This document shows, piece after piece, positions 46,927 through 59,014 of a stretch of DNA of 64,000 nt. A program made the translations under genes and the position numbers. The stretch's first letter is position 1. The number at the start of each line of letters is the position of its first letter. This DNA comes from Trichodelitschia bisporula (taxonomy: Eukaryota): the NCBI GenBank assembly GCA_010356995.1, contig ML996700.1, positions 496,001 to 560,000 on the forward strand, in the 5' to 3' direction. A model generated the notes under the pieces. The model did not search any database, was not told the origin of the DNA, and saw only the letters and a program-made list of their open reading frames with translations.

Positions 46927-49900
46927 ATGAATCGCTTTCGCACCAAGAAGAAGGTCCGCAAGCCGGTCGTCGAAGAGAAGATTCTCCAGCTGGACCTGTC
47001 CACCGCCCTGCCCTCCAGCGATGACTTCAGAACGAGCCTAATCATGCCCAATCTCTCGCGGCGCTTCAGCATGCTGCGCGAGCAGGACGACCCGCATTCT
47101 CTCATTGGAAAGGCGAGCGACGACAGCGTCCTGGAACCTAAGCGCCAATCACGATTGCACGACTTTGGCTTCGGAGCGCCGAAAGGCCTCGCTGACATCG
47201 CCGAGGTTCAGTCAATCAGCAGCTCCGTCCGCAAACCATTCGCGTCTAGCAACGAGCGCACCCACTCCTACGCCTCCGACTATGCCACCGACGAGGATTC
47301 TTCCAACGCCAGCAATGTCATGAATCGTTCGCGTCCCGGCGAGGGTAATATCTTGTTTGGTGGACGTCAGAAGATTTACAAGATTGCGGATGGGAACGGC
47401 GGTCTCAAGGGCCGCGCGCTGTACGATGACGATGTCAGTATGTCCACGTTCCAGCGCTGGAGACGCGAAGAGCGGGAGCGGGAGTTGCGTGCCGAGGCCG
47501 AAGCTCGCAAGAACGACCTCCAGAAGAGCCCGTCCAAGGCGTCGTCCATGTCGCCCTCGCTATCAGGCTCACTTCATCGCCAGGCCTCGACCTCGACGTC
47601 AAACACCGTGCCGTCTGATGGCCGCATGTCGACTGCTGCGACGTCTGTGACGTCTGGGCCCACGTCTGGCCCTCTCTCTTCCACAGCATCAACCTTTAAT
47701 TTCTCTCAACCCGCTCTCCCGCCTCAGCCTCCTCAGCCTCAGCAGAGCCTGCTTGACCGCAATGGCACTAAGACGCGGAGATTATATGAGCAATCGTTTA
47801 ACCGCGACCTGCAGGAGCAGCAGTCGACGAGCATGACGCGCCTCAATTCCATCCAGAAGAATAAGCCAGAAACTGGCTCAGCCACGGGCCGCGAATCACC
47901 GGCTCTGTCGCCCAAACCTTCCCTAGATCGGCATTTCCAAAACGGCACCACCTTTCGTTCTCAGAGTCCGAGTCCGTCGCCGCCGCTCAACGGCGCGATA
48001 CAGTTCGATCAGGGCCAGAACGCGCAAGAGAATGCGCTATCACCGAAGACTAACCAGGAGGCCAACTTGCCCGCGTCAGTCAGTCCGTTCTTGCTCAACA
48101 AGGACCATCAGGACCCGCTCCGGTCGGCTCTTACGCCTAATGATCGCGGGAAGGCGACCGCCCTGGGACACTTTAATAAGCCGAAGCAGTTCGATGAGCA
48201 GCAGTACATGGAGCGGCAAGCGACCTTGAGGAAGGCAAGGGAGACGCCCGCGCCCCGTGAGCCGATGAGAGGGGAGTCGCAGGAGCGTCCTAACCGAGAC
48301 CCCCGCGTCCCTCGTCAGGCGTCACAGGAGCGTCCTACTGTGGACTCCCGCTTCCCTCGTCAAACTTCACAGGAGCGCCCTAATGTGGACTCCCGCTTCG
48401 ACATGAAACCTCGCCAAGCGCCTGAGACGTCCTTTTACCAGAACCGGGCGCCGTCAGCAGCCAGCAACCGGTCACGATCAGCATCTGGAGCCCGGTCACG
48501 TTCAGCATCGACGAGCCAGCCTAATCCTCCCCCCGCTTCCACAGCTTTCTCTGTGTTCCAGAAGGCGGCTATGCAGATGAGAGCGGCTGAGCAGACAAAG
48601 CCGGCTGAGCAGACAAAGCCAGCTGAGTCACCACCACCTCAGGACTCTGTCATGGCTTTCCGCCAGAACCTGTCGACGACGGCGGAGAACAGCGACAGTG
48701 AATACGAGGACGACCTCCCTGCCCCTGAAATCCCGAAAGCGCGGCAATACGCCCCTGTTCGCATGCCTGTCCCTTCTCCGCCCGTTGCTCCTCCCCAGCA
48801 TGAGCACCCTGCGTTCCGTAGTGCTAAGCCGCAGTTCGACCCGCCGAGGCCGAATGGTGTCAAGACGAATGGTGCGCTGCCTAGTCCGTACCTGGCGCAG
48901 ACGAATGGCGACTTTGACAAGGAGATTGACGTCCCGAGGGAAGAGCTCGAGTCCCCTACTCTTGGAACTACGCCCGGAGGTGGCCTAAGCGGGCTTGTTC
49001 GCCAACATCTCCGCAATGCTAGTGATCAGTCCTCCATATACCCGCAACCCCTGGCGCCTACGTCCGCTCCGTTGGCCGTCCAAACACAGCCTGGAGCTAT
49101 GCTAGGAAATTCTGAAGCCAATACCCCTGGCGCATCCAGCTACGCTCCCTCGAACCCCTGGGACCTGGAGGACTTCGATGGCGCCTACCTGGGAGACGAC
49201 AGTCGGAGTCCAGTGAGCCCGCTTGAGAACGAGAAGGCCCTTAACCAGCAGATGTCCAACGGTCCGAACGGCGCCGATCTCCGGAGACAGGTCATGGCCA
49301 AGCCCGCTGAGAACGAGGCGCCCTGGCAACAGGAGTTGCGCAAAACGCACCAGCGTGGTGGCAGCAGTGAGACGCAGCACGAGCGCGAGGCTTTCCAGAA
49401 CGAGCTTCAACAGCGGCAACGTGCGATCCAGGAGAAGCTCAAGGAGCAAGTGGAAGGTGCCATGCGCTCCTCCAGTCCCAGCCGTGCCGGCCCCTTCAAG
49501 GCAATCGACATGCTCCGTACAAAGTCGAGCCGGGAATCCTTCCGCACAAAGCCCGAAGTCCGGCCTATGCGGATGCCCGGCTTTGGCGGCTCATCGACCA
49601 ACCTGCGCGATCCGTCACCTTCAATCGGCACCCTCAGCGACCGGCAACTCGACCCCTGGCGCTCCGATGAATCCCGCTCTGCCTCGCGCAGCGGCACCCA
49701 CCGTGTCCCGAAGCAATACGCCTTCGACGCCGGCTCCGAGCCCAACTCACGCCCCGGCACCGCCCGCGTCAGCGAAGAGCATCAAGGCCGGCCCCGTGGC
49801 AACTCAAACGCAAAGTCGCGCTCCCCGCCGCAAACCACCCGCCCTACCACGCGCTCCCGGTCCAACTCAGAACTCTCAAACGGCCGCTCCCGCAGCGCCG

Positions 49901-50967
49901 GCCGCCACCGCGAGGACTTCGAGCGCGGCCTGGCAGAGGGCGCCGGGCGCATGGTCGGCTATCCCGAGCCCTCGCCGAGCATACCAGAGCACTACCAGTT
50001 CCCGATCCAGGAGCCGCCGCGCAGTGTCGAGCCCCCGCTCTCTGCGAAGCCGACGTTTGAGAATAAGGGCCTGTTTCCGCCGCCTGCTATGAACGGGATC
50101 CCGTCTCCGCGTCCGTCGCCTGGGTTTGCGGGGCCGGGCGGCTTATCGCCTGCGCTCTCGCAGGGCCAGTCCCCACGCCCGTCGCCCGCGCTCGGGCCTG
50201 CGAGCCCGCTTCCCCGCTTGCCCATGGCCCCGTTCGCGAATCCCACGCCGCCGATCAGCGCTGCGAGTACGCCGGTCGGCGCGTCGTTTCCCGCGCACCC
50301 ACCGCCGCAACATGCGCTGCCGCAAATACCAAGGGGCATGCCGCCCATGCCGACTCACGACAAGCCAACGCGTTCACTTGGCAGTCGCAAAAAGTCGATC
50401 CAGAAATGGGACATCAGCGAGCCGGTCCTGATTAGCACGACCAGCGCGATTGACACGGTGGACCTGCCGCCCGGTGCGAGCCTGGCGAATGGCATGGATG
50501 AGGCACCGCCTGTGCCGCCGATTAATCCGCTTAGGAAGAGGTTTGGGTTTGGGCGTGGGGCCCCGGCGGCGACGGGGAGGTTTCGGAGTGGGAGTGGGAA
50601 TGGGAGTCCGGGTCCCGCTGCGACGGCGCCGTTTATGACCTCTGAGGCGGATTTGCCGCAGCCGGCGTATGCGCTGGTGGAGCAGACGCATAGTGCGGAT
50701 GAGAGGGAACGGCAGCCCAGGACACGGCATCGCTTGAGGAAGAGTTCTAGTGATGGCGCGAAGATTGGGTTGCATCTTAGGGCGCAGAGGGAGGCGGCGG
50801 GGATGGGGCCGGGGGTTGGTGTGGGGGCGCAGCCTACGCTGCCGAGTGGGGAGATTGGGGGGGAGGGTGTTGGGAGGAGTCCGCCTAGGAAGGGGGCGCT
50901 TGGGGCGGGGTTTGTGGTTAGGAGTCCGCCGAGGCGGGCGGGGGGGGTTGAGGGGGGGATGTTTTAG
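46927..50967 (+). CDS. Large conserved-looking Pezizomycotina hypothetical protein (~1346 aa, Ser/Pro/Arg-rich) with a probable 5'UTR intron 46781-46921
   Basis: Long ORF with N-terminal LPSSDDFRTSLIMPNLSRRFSMLREQDDP and C-terminal KKSIQKWDISEPVLISTTS motifs. GTAAGT...CTAAC...AAG places ATG 46903 inside an intron. Internal 3x 14-aa repeat (SQERPxxDxRxPRQ). Confidence 0.85.
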   Translation: MNRFRTKKKVRKPVVEEKILQLDLSTALPSSDDFRTSLIMPNLSRRFSMLREQDDPHSLIGKASDDSVLEPKRQSRLHDFGFGAPKGLADIAEVQSISSSVRKPFASSNERTHSYASDYATDEDSSNASNVMNRSRPGEGNILFGGRQKIYKIADGNGGLKGRALYDDDVSMSTFQRWRREERERELRAEAEARKNDLQKSPSKASSMSPSLSGSLHRQASTSTSNTVPSDGRMSTAATSVTSGPTSGPLSSTASTFNFSQPALPPQPPQPQQSLLDRNGTKTRRLYEQSFNRDLQEQQSTSMTRLNSIQKNKPETGSATGRESPALSPKPSLDRHFQNGTTFRSQSPSPSPPLNGAIQFDQGQNAQENALSPKTNQEANLPASVSPFLLNKDHQDPLRSALTPNDRGKATALGHFNKPKQFDEQQYMERQATLRKARETPAPREPMRGESQERPNRDPRVPRQASQERPTVDSRFPRQTSQERPNVDSRFDMKPRQAPETSFYQNRAPSAASNRSRSASGARSRSASTSQPNPPPASTAFSVFQKAAMQMRAAEQTKPAEQTKPAESPPPQDSVMAFRQNLSTTAENSDSEYEDDLPAPEIPKARQYAPVRMPVPSPPVAPPQHEHPAFRSAKPQFDPPRPNGVKTNGALPSPYLAQTNGDFDKEIDVPREELESPTLGTTPGGGLSGLVRQHLRNASDQSSIYPQPLAPTSAPLAVQTQPGAMLGNSEANTPGASSYAPSNPWDLEDFDGAYLGDDSRSPVSPLENEKALNQQMSNGPNGADLRRQVMAKPAENEAPWQQELRKTHQRGGSSETQHEREAFQNELQQRQRAIQEKLKEQVEGAMRSSSPSRAGPFKAIDMLRTKSSRESFRTKPEVRPMRMPGFGGSSTNLRDPSPSIGTLSDRQLDPWRSDESRSASRSGTHRVPKQYAFDAGSEPNSRPGTARVSEEHQGRPRGNSNAKSRSPPQTTRPTTRSRSNSELSNGRSRSAGRHREDFERGLAEGAGRMVGYPEPSPSIPEHYQFPIQEPPRSVEPPLSAKPTFENKGLFPPPAMNGIPSPRPSPGFAGPGGLSPALSQGQSPRPSPALGPASPLPRLPMAPFANPTPPISAASTPVGASFPAHPPPQHALPQIPRGMPPMPTHDKPTRSLGSRKKSIQKWDISEPVLISTTSAIDTVDLPPGASLANGMDEAPPVPPINPLRKRFGFGRGAPAATGRFRSGSGNGSPGPAATAPFMTSEADLPQPAYALVEQTHSADERERQPRTRHRLRKSSSDGAKIGLHLRAQREAAGMGPGVGVGAQPTLPSGEIGGEGVGRSPPRKGALGAGFVVRSPPRRAGGVEGGMF

Positions 50968-51720
50968 ATGCGCGAGGGTAAGGGTTTTGGAGGAAGAGGG
51001 GAAAGGGTATTAGTCAAGAGGAGGAAAAGCTTCGTGATATTGGGAGTGTGTTTGGAGTTGCTTGGTTGTAGGACTGGAGTTGATACCGGTTTTTGGGACG
51101 GGCGGCTCCGGTTTTGGCGCGCAGGTTTTGCGGACGCACGCTTTACTACCACTGGTTTTACTAGCTTCTTGGGTTCTTTTTTGGTGTTTTTCTTCAGTTT
51201 GAGGAGATGAGGATGAGGAATATACACGGAGGGTAGCGATTTAAGACCTGAAGCTTTTTTGGGCGGGGCTGGTTCTCGCTACAATGAGTTGGTGATGTCG
51301 GGAGGTATATATATACAGTCTAGTGGGTTTTTGGTAGTTGGATGAGGCCGGGGCTGGAGGGGATAATTCATGGGTGGATGCTGAACTGGCTTTTTTGGTG
51401 ACCTGGTTTCTCGGTGATTATGATTGTGCTGTTGCTGTGCTTGATCATCACCGGAGCAAGATGATATCAATGCTTCCTCTATCCACGCCGCACAGGATAT
51501 ACGTTGATGAGAATACAATCAACCACCCCCAAAAGCCAAAATGACCGCACGCCAACCCAACCCACTGAACACCAGCAATGCCTCCCCCCTTAACCAGTAC
51601 AACCCGAACCTCCCCTCATCTCCAATTTCCCATCCATCACGCAATCCCTCCCCGCAACTTAGCCCATCCCCTTTTCACCATCTCACCCCCCCCATTCCCC
51701 TCAACCCTAACCCTCGCTGC

Positions 51721-54041
51721 CTAACTCCCAACCGCCCTCCCCACCCCCTGCACCAAGCGCTGAAACTCCCTCAACAACTCCTCCACCTCGCCCACCCTAA
51801 GCTCTTTCGCATCCCGACACTCAACGAACTTCTTCGCCGGCGGGCTCATCCTTTTCAATTCCTCAATAGCCGCCACAGCCCTCGCATCGGCGGGAGTACG
51901 ATGCACTTCCTTACACCCCTCCTTCCCCTCCTCCTTCCCCTCCTCCTTCCCCTCCTCCTTCCCGCCCTTCCCCTCCAACGCTACACCCACCGGCCCAACC
52001 GGACTCACACCCGGCCTCACCAGCGCCGGGGAAGGCGAAACAGCCGGCCTCACCAGGCTCGGCGAGGGCGAAACGGGAGCAGAGGGGGGAACAGGCGAGC
52101 TCCCGCGGCCGAAGAAGCTTATTTTCGAGAATTGGGAGAGCGGGTTTAGACTGCTGCCGAGGGTGCGCATGCTTTCGACTGCGCTGGCGGGCGAGGCGAG
52201 GGGGGGTGTCTCGGTGGTGCGGCGGGTGCTGGTTCTGGTGTGGGTGGAAGTGGCTGAGGTGGTGCTGTCGGCGCTGCGGTCCCGTATGGCGCGACGCGGC
52301 GGAGCTGGTTCTAACCTGCCCTCCGCGGCTGGAGTTGGGGGTTCGGGTTCGGTAGTGGGCTCAGCGGAGGATGAAGACTGCGCGTCGTCGTCCTGCGCCC
52401 TTGGGCTTACCAGCGCCGCCGCGTCGGCGAGTGTGCGGGGCCGGGCCTGCTCCCTTAACCGGCCGAAGAGAAAGCTGAAACTAGCGTCTAGGGTGGAATT
52501 GATGGTATCGAAGGCCTGGTCCGCGGAGTCCAGGACCGCGCCCCGCAGGGAGTCGCCGGCGGCTTCCAGGCGGTTGGTTTGTTTTGTGAGGAGGGAGGAG
52601 AGACGGCGTTGGGATTTGGTGGTTGTGGGGGAGGGGGGTTTGGCTGTTACGTCCAGGGTGGAGGGAGAGGTACTGCCGGGGACGGAGGCGGGGAGTATGC
52701 CGAGTTGCATTGGGACGGTGGGCGTGACGGGCCGGCTTGGATGGGGTTTACCTGGCCCGGCAAGCGATTCGTCGGCGCGCAGCGAGGCCAGGTCCACGGT
52801 TTCGAGGAAGGAGATTGCGGCTTCGAGATTCACGAGGCAGTAGGCTGCTTCGCCATCCACCTTCCCGGCGGCGCGGAAACGGGTTATGAAGTTTAGGTTT
52901 GAGATTACGTTGATTGTGTCTGGAGGGGAGGTTATGAGGGCGTAGATGAGGGTGGGGAGGATTTCGTCGGCGGAGGAGGTGGAGGGGAAGAGTTGGGAGA
53001 GGGTTTCGACGATGCTCTTGTGCGCGGCGGTGAGGTGGTGCAGCTTGCCCAGGGGGTGGTGCTCGGCGTCCATTGCCTGGATGGAGTCCCGCGCGCCTTG
53101 GAGCATCAGTCGGATGCGGTCTTGTTCTTCGACTGTTTTGCGCCGTATGTCGTCTGTGATGTCCTCGGCGCCGACGAGCAGCTCCTTCAGGCCGATGCCG
53201 ATGAGCGAGAGGGCTGCGATGCGTGAGCGTAGCTTTTGGTCCTTCTCCTCGTCTTCTGAGCTGCGGTGGCGCCACACGCGGTCGTACACTTTTTCGCACA
53301 CCGTTCGCTCCACTGCTTCTTCGAGCACTGTCTTCTTGACTTCTAGTGCTTTCCGCGCCTTCTTGCGGTCTGATATCTCCGACGCTGTAAGCATTTGCTG
53401 CTCCACGCCGCCATTGTTCTTCTGGCTGTCCTTGGCCCCGCGGGACGACCCTTTCAGTGATGCAGTGGGAGACTTTTCGCGCGATATCCGCGACGAGAGG
53501 GTTGCGATGTGGGCCGCGATATGGGAGTCCGCGCGCGTGTAAAAGTCCTGGAAGAGGTCGGATAGGGCGTCGATGGACAGTGGCGAGGGGTGCACTTTCG
53601 CAGAGAGCGACTCTAGGAACCTGCCCTCATGTCAGTAAATAACCCCGCTGCATACTGTAGCGCGCGTCGAATGCAACTCGCGAGTCATGCTCGACCCTAC
53701 CTCTCGGTAAAACTGCGAATCTCAATAGGCAGCTCCTCGAGCGACTCGGGTACCTTCACGTCCGGCACGGGAGGCATGTTCTCAGCGCTGGGTCCGCGCT
53801 CGGCTGGCTCGACGATGGCCGGTTTGGCGCTGGGGTCATGCTCTGTGATGGCGATGATGGAAGGCGGGAGGAAGGTTAGGCCTGCTTTGCTGGGTTGTAG
53901 AGTGGTGGCTCGGGTGCGCGGTGTGTCTGATGGACTGCGGAGTGAAGGTTCGAGCCGGCTGAATGATTTGGAGTTTTGCAGAGCTGGACGTGGGGAGTCT
54001 GAGGAGACGGACCAGGTGGCAGCGGTGCGGATGGCCTGCAT
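51721..54041 (-). CDS. VPS9-domain Rab5 GEF (Muk1-like), ~746 aa; intron 53621-53700
   Basis: VPS9 motifs SSADEILPTLIYALI, NLNFITRFR and GEAAYCLVNLEAAISFLE; 80-nt GTAGGG...CTGAC...CAG intron. Confidence 0.9.
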
Positions 54042-54645
54042 GATGCGTGGCTTTTGATGGCTTGCTTCTTTCTCCCCGGTGGGCGGGACGGCGGGCGGTA
54101 CGGTTCGCGGGTAAGTGTCAACGGAACATGGCGGGAAGACGTGATGTGTAAGACTGGTGATGAGATGGAGTGATTGATAAGAGAGAGTAAGGAGAAGGAA
54201 GAGGAGAAGAGAGAGAGTGAGGATGACCAACGTCAGGTATTTTTCCCTTATGAATAATGGTGAGAATTAAGAAGGATTTCTCTCTATCTCCGTCTTGATC
54301 TCTCTCTCTCTCTCTGTGTGTTGCCCTTCAACACTGCACCCAGTTCCCCTCGCCATTAACCTCTCGCACGCCTGTCGCTACTCGTATGCAAACCCCAGGC
54401 AAGGGTTGAGCCCACGCCAAGGTGTCGATGCCGTCACCCTCACAGGTCGCATGAGCCTCCCCATCCACTCATCGCCGCCTGCGCCTCTCAACTCATCCTC
54501 AACCCAAAACAACAACCCGTACAACTCAAACCCGTTTCCATCCCACCACCCATACGCTTCCTACAAACAACCACACGCCTCATATCTTGTCATGTTTTAG
54601 CCCTTCAACTGCTGCACTCCTTTCTATCAACGCACGGCTCCCGCG

Positions 54646-56712
54646 ATGCTCACGTCCCTCACCCTCTCTCTCCTCCTCGCCGTCACCGCCATCGCCCCCG
54701 CCAGCGCAGCGACTCGTGAGGGTCCGCAACGACGCGCTCCTCACCACCCAGACCCCGCGCCCTTTCCTCTGCCCGGCCATCAAGATGTCCTGGCGCCTCC
54801 GGAACATGATGAGCCTCTAGAGTTTGTATGTTCTTTGTTCCTCCCTCTGCTATACCCACCATGCTCATAGCAGGCAGACGCTCCGTCACATCCTCCACCA
54901 CGGCAGCCACAAGTACCCCGATCTCTTTCGCCAGCAAAATATACCCCCAGATGCGGCACTATACGCAACGAGAGATGGCTCCACTCGCCGGGAGCCCGTG
55001 CCGAGGTACCGCGCCCGATCACAGAATCTCCGCATCCAGCGGATGGTGGATCGCAGTTTTGAGACAATAGACTCGTTGCTGGATGCTGGGAGGTTGATGG
55101 GGGCTCCGGTGGTGCTGGATGCCTCGGCGTGGACAACGGACGACGTTCCGGGGCCGAACATCACCGACAAGGAGACAGTCCTAAGCATGGCCAGAATAGC
55201 GGCGGATGCCTATGTTGCGGACAACAACGGTGCAGAGTGGTTCGATGTGAGTACAGAAATGGAGGCTTGTTGGGAATATTGCTGATGGGGATAGGTTGGC
55301 AACGGACTCAATTACACCGAAGACTTTGGTTGGGAAAATGACGGGCTGCGGGGACATATCTTTGCCGACACGACGAACCGGACGATCGTGATCGGTATCA
55401 AAGGAACATGTATGTTCTGTGCAGAATGAGAGAAGTACGTAACTGACAAGGGGCAGCACCGGCGGTGTTTGACGGCTCCGAGACGACAACAAACGACAAG
55501 ATCAACGATAACCTCTTCTTCAGCTGCTGCTGCGGTCAAGGCGGGCAATACAGTTGGAAGCAGGTGTGCGAGTGCCAAACATCGGCGTACAGATGCAACT
55601 CCACCTGCGTCGTCGAGGCACTCCGAAATAAGAACCGCTACTACTACGCCGGGCAAGAAATCTACCGCAACGTCTCGATACTCTACCCGGACGCCGACAT
55701 CTGGCTGGCCGGGCACTCGCTGGGCGGCGCAACAAGCAGCCTAGTCGCCCTAACCTACGGCATCCCCGTCGTGACCTTTGAAGCGCCAGGCGAAGCCATG
55801 GCAGCTAAGCGTCTCGGCCTCCCCACTCCCCCGGGGTACCATCTCGGAGCGCATCAGCAACGCGCCACAACCGGCGGATACCACTTCGGACATACAGCCG
55901 ACCCGATTTTTACCGGCACCTGCAACACCTTCACATCCGTGTGCACAATCGCCGGCTACGCCATGCAAAGCCGCTGCCACACAGGCTACACATGCACCTA
56001 CGACACCATCGGCGACTGGGGCTGGCGCTCGGGCGTCGGCTACCACCGCATCTCCGGCGTCATCCGCGACGTTCTCGAAGTCTACGAGCAGCCTGCTGCG
56101 TGCGCACCCCTCGCAAACTGCACCGACTGCTTCAACTGGGAGTACTATGAGAGCCACGACTCACCGCCTTCGAGCAGTAGTAGCTCTTCCAGCGCATTTA
56201 CGTCGACACGGACCTCGACGTGCAAGACGCCGGGTTGGTTTGGGTGCTTAGATGAGAGTACTACGACGACGAGCACGACGAGCACGAGTACGAGTACGGA
56301 GGTTACTACGACTACGACGACGACGACGACGACGACGACGTGTAAGACGCCGGGGTGGTTTGGGTGTAAGGATCCGACGACTACTACTACGACCACGGCG
56401 ACGTCGAGCACGGAAGCACCGTCAACCTCAATTCTCATCACCAGCGCACCACCGCTGCCGACTACGACTTCGACTCACTCCAGCGGTACTTCGTCAACCA
56501 CGTGCCACTCGCCGGGCTGGTGGGGATGTAAGGACCCAACCACAAGCACTAGTTCTAGTTCTGCGTCGTGGAAAACAAGAACGATCTCCACGGTCTTCCC
56601 GACGGAGACGTGTTCCGAAAGGAAATGGTTCGGGTTGATTTGCGCTGGTCCGGCTGCTACGTCGACGGCGGTGACGCGGGCGGGGAGGATGGGCGCGAAG
56701 ACGGATTTGTGA
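54646..56712 (+). CDS. ATG15: Autophagy lipase Atg15 with Thr-rich C-terminal tail; multi-exon (first intron 54826-54877)
   Basis: N-terminal hydrophobic anchor, [56 protein letters not shown] and the lipase motif WLAGHSLGG. Confidence 0.93.
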
Positions 56713-56974
56713 TTGGGTTTAAGGGAACTGGGATTGATGGGCATGCATCGGCGTCTTTTTGGGGGGGTTTGGGTTGGGTTGGGTTTTTTTTTTTGCGGGT
56801 TTGATGCTGGGAAGGGAAATTGTGATGAGTTGGTGTTGGGATGTGGATGGATGGCTTGCTGGCTGGTGCTGGCCGTATATACTTAGCTTATTGACATGAC
56901 TGGATGTGTGTGGGTGGTTGGATGTGATTGTGTACGTGAGTACTACCCGATGTCGTACGCAGCGCGTCTACATA

Positions 56975-57130
56975 TGATGTAGACATGAAAGGAGCATATC
57001 ACTCTTAGGGAGGAACATGATGTAATGTGGTGATGATAGAAGGAAGGAAGGAGGGGAGGAGGGTATCTGGCATCATATATAAGTCTCAAGAGACTCTGAC
57101 TCTCTTCCTCTCCTTGTCTTTACTTCAATC
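56975..57130 (+). repeat. Dispersed AGGAGCA double-box element, copy B
   Basis: TGATGT (56975), AGGAGCA (56990), AGGAACATGATGTAATG (57011; +21), GAAGG-rich segment, CATCAT (57071), CTCAAGAGA, CT tract. Confidence 0.85.
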
Positions 57131-57371
57131 TTTGATTTTCTACAGTTACCTAAGCACGTAAACAAGACCTTACTCCCATCACCATGTATCACAGTATACG
57201 ACGACGCATTCCGGTTGGCAACAGCCATCCAAGCGTTGAGAAAATGAGGCAGGTATCAAAGACCACGGGTAGAAGTTTCCCTTTGGTCTTTGGCAAGCAC
57301 GATGGCAACGTCGACGGCTGCGATGCTTCAAGACCTCCCATGCCCCAATCCTCACCCTCCACCTTCAACAT

Positions 57372-57435
57372 CTCCTCACTCCTCTCCTCATTCCTCTCCT
57401 CATTCCTTTCCTCATTCCTCTCCTCATTCCTCTCC
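57372..57435 (+). repeat. 12-bp minisatellite (CTCCTCATTCCT) x5
   Basis: Five tandem units with 0-1 mismatch each. Confidence 0.9.
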
Positions 57436-57511
57436 CGTCCCATCACCTATAATACTATAATAGAGCGTCTATATCCCAGTACAGCCATAGAATCCCCTTC
57501 ATCACTCCATC

Positions 57512-59014
57512 ATGACCACCACCACCACCAGCCAGCCAGCCTCCTCCCCCCCTTTCCCCCCCCGCCCCCGCCCTCTCGCCAGAATGCGCATCCGCAGCCT
57601 CTCCATCTCCTCAAACCCCGAAGCTGGCACGCACTCCAAACCAACAATAACCTCCCTGCTGCTCACCCGCCCCCTCCAAGCACCACCAAGCTCCACAACC
57701 TTCACTCCGACACCCACCTTCACCCCCATCGACACCCCCACCGCGCGCCCCACCACCGCTTCCTCCCCCATCCTCTCCCCCCAGCCGTCGCCCCCGCTCT
57801 TCCGCTGGTACACCGACCTCGAGTCCTACGCCGCCGCCGCCGCCGCGCCCCGCCGCTCCTCGGAAGGCAGCATCCCAGCCCGCAGCGAGGCACTCCGCGA
57901 TGCTAGACTGGGGAGCCGCCTCCGCTGGACCGGGAGCTTCGACGAGGACGCGTCGGCGCGGGATGCAGATGCGGAGCCCGGACTGTGGGACCGGCGCCCG
58001 AGTTCAGCGCTCACGGCTATACGGCACGGGGCGGGGGACGACAAGGCGGGTCCTGCGATTCTCTGGCAGCCTGGGCTGATGGCGCAGACTCCTGGTCCCA
58101 AAGCCCCGCCCGCCAACCCCGCAACAACGCACACCACGGTCGTAGCCACGGGCATCTCGCCCTCCTGGCCCTGCCTGCCCGTCGGGACGGAAGGCCAACA
58201 GCCCAGCACGGCACAGCTCGTGCGCACGGCGACGGGGGTGTACGAGGTCGTGTGGGAAGAGTACAGCGGTGCAGCCACGCCCGGCCGTTCAGACAGCGGG
58301 ACGGGATCGGAGCCGCGGAGTGATGGGGGCCGGGAGCCTGTCCTGGCTGCCGTGTTGGAGCGTGTCAATACGAAGCTGTGGGAGTGGGCATGGGCGAATG
58401 CGGCGCGGAACGGGAGTGAGGAGGGGCCGGCGGGGGGACGGGTCAGGGGACGGCAGTTTCGCAGCCTTTTTGAGCCGAGTTTGGAGGAGGGGGAGGTGCC
58501 GCTTGGTAGTGTTGTGACGAGTGCGTTTGGGAGTCCACCGCCGGCGTCGGTCTCGAGTGCTCAGACGGAGGAGGACGAAGAGGAGGAGGACGGGCCGGCG
58601 GCTGAGGTTGTGAAGCCGGGCATCCAGGTCTCGGTGTCATGGCACGGGCCGGGACTGATCTCCCCGCCCGCGCTGGCGCGCGAGGAGTCTGAGGCGAGTG
58701 AGGCGGGGCCGTTTTTCCACGATATTACCGACTCGGTGACGCTGCTGCATCGGACGTTGGATCGCCCGCCGTCGCTGCCGCAGAATATGTGGGGGAGTAG
58801 GGTGGTTAGGGATTCCATTGCGTTGGCGAAGAGGAGGATACGGAATCGGCCGCATAAGGGGTCGAATGCGGCGGAGCTTGGACTGGAGGGGGTGGGGGTG
58901 GTTAGTCCTAGGGGGGAGGTGCTGGATTTGAAGGGGGGAGGGAGAGAGGTTCGAGGTAGGGGGGTTGTTGGGGCCCTTCTAGGGGGCAGAGAGGGCGTTG
59001 GCGTCGAGTATTAG
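57512..59014 (+). CDS. Hypothetical Ser/Pro-rich protein (~500 aa)
   Basis: 500-codon ORF showing the window-wide C-to-G codon gradient; short Trp-containing islands (GVYEVVWEE, VNTKLWEWAW). No recognised domain. Confidence 0.6.
   Translation: MTTTTTSQPASSPPFPPRPRPLARMRIRSLSISSNPEAGTHSKPTITSLLLTRPLQAPPSSTTFTPTPTFTPIDTPTARPTTASSPILSPQPSPPLFRWYTDLESYAAAAAAPRRSSEGSIPARSEALRDARLGSRLRWTGSFDEDASARDADAEPGLWDRRPSSALTAIRHGAGDDKAGPAILWQPGLMAQTPGPKAPPANPATTHTTVVATGISPSWPCLPVGTEGQQPSTAQLVRTATGVYEVVWEEYSGAATPGRSDSGTGSEPRSDGGREPVLAAVLERVNTKLWEWAWANAARNGSEEGPAGGRVRGRQFRSLFEPSLEEGEVPLGSVVTSAFGSPPPASVSSAQTEEDEEEEDGPAAEVVKPGIQVSVSWHGPGLISPPALAREESEASEAGPFFHDITDSVTLLHRTLDRPPSLPQNMWGSRVVRDSIALAKRRIRNRPHKGSNAAELGLEGVGVVSPRGEVLDLKGGGREVRGRGVVGALLGGREGVGVEY

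Noticed and set aside
51915..51965. 12-bp repeat encoding KEEG x3-4 in the VPS9 gene
   Set aside because: Ordinary coding minisatellite in a disordered tail.
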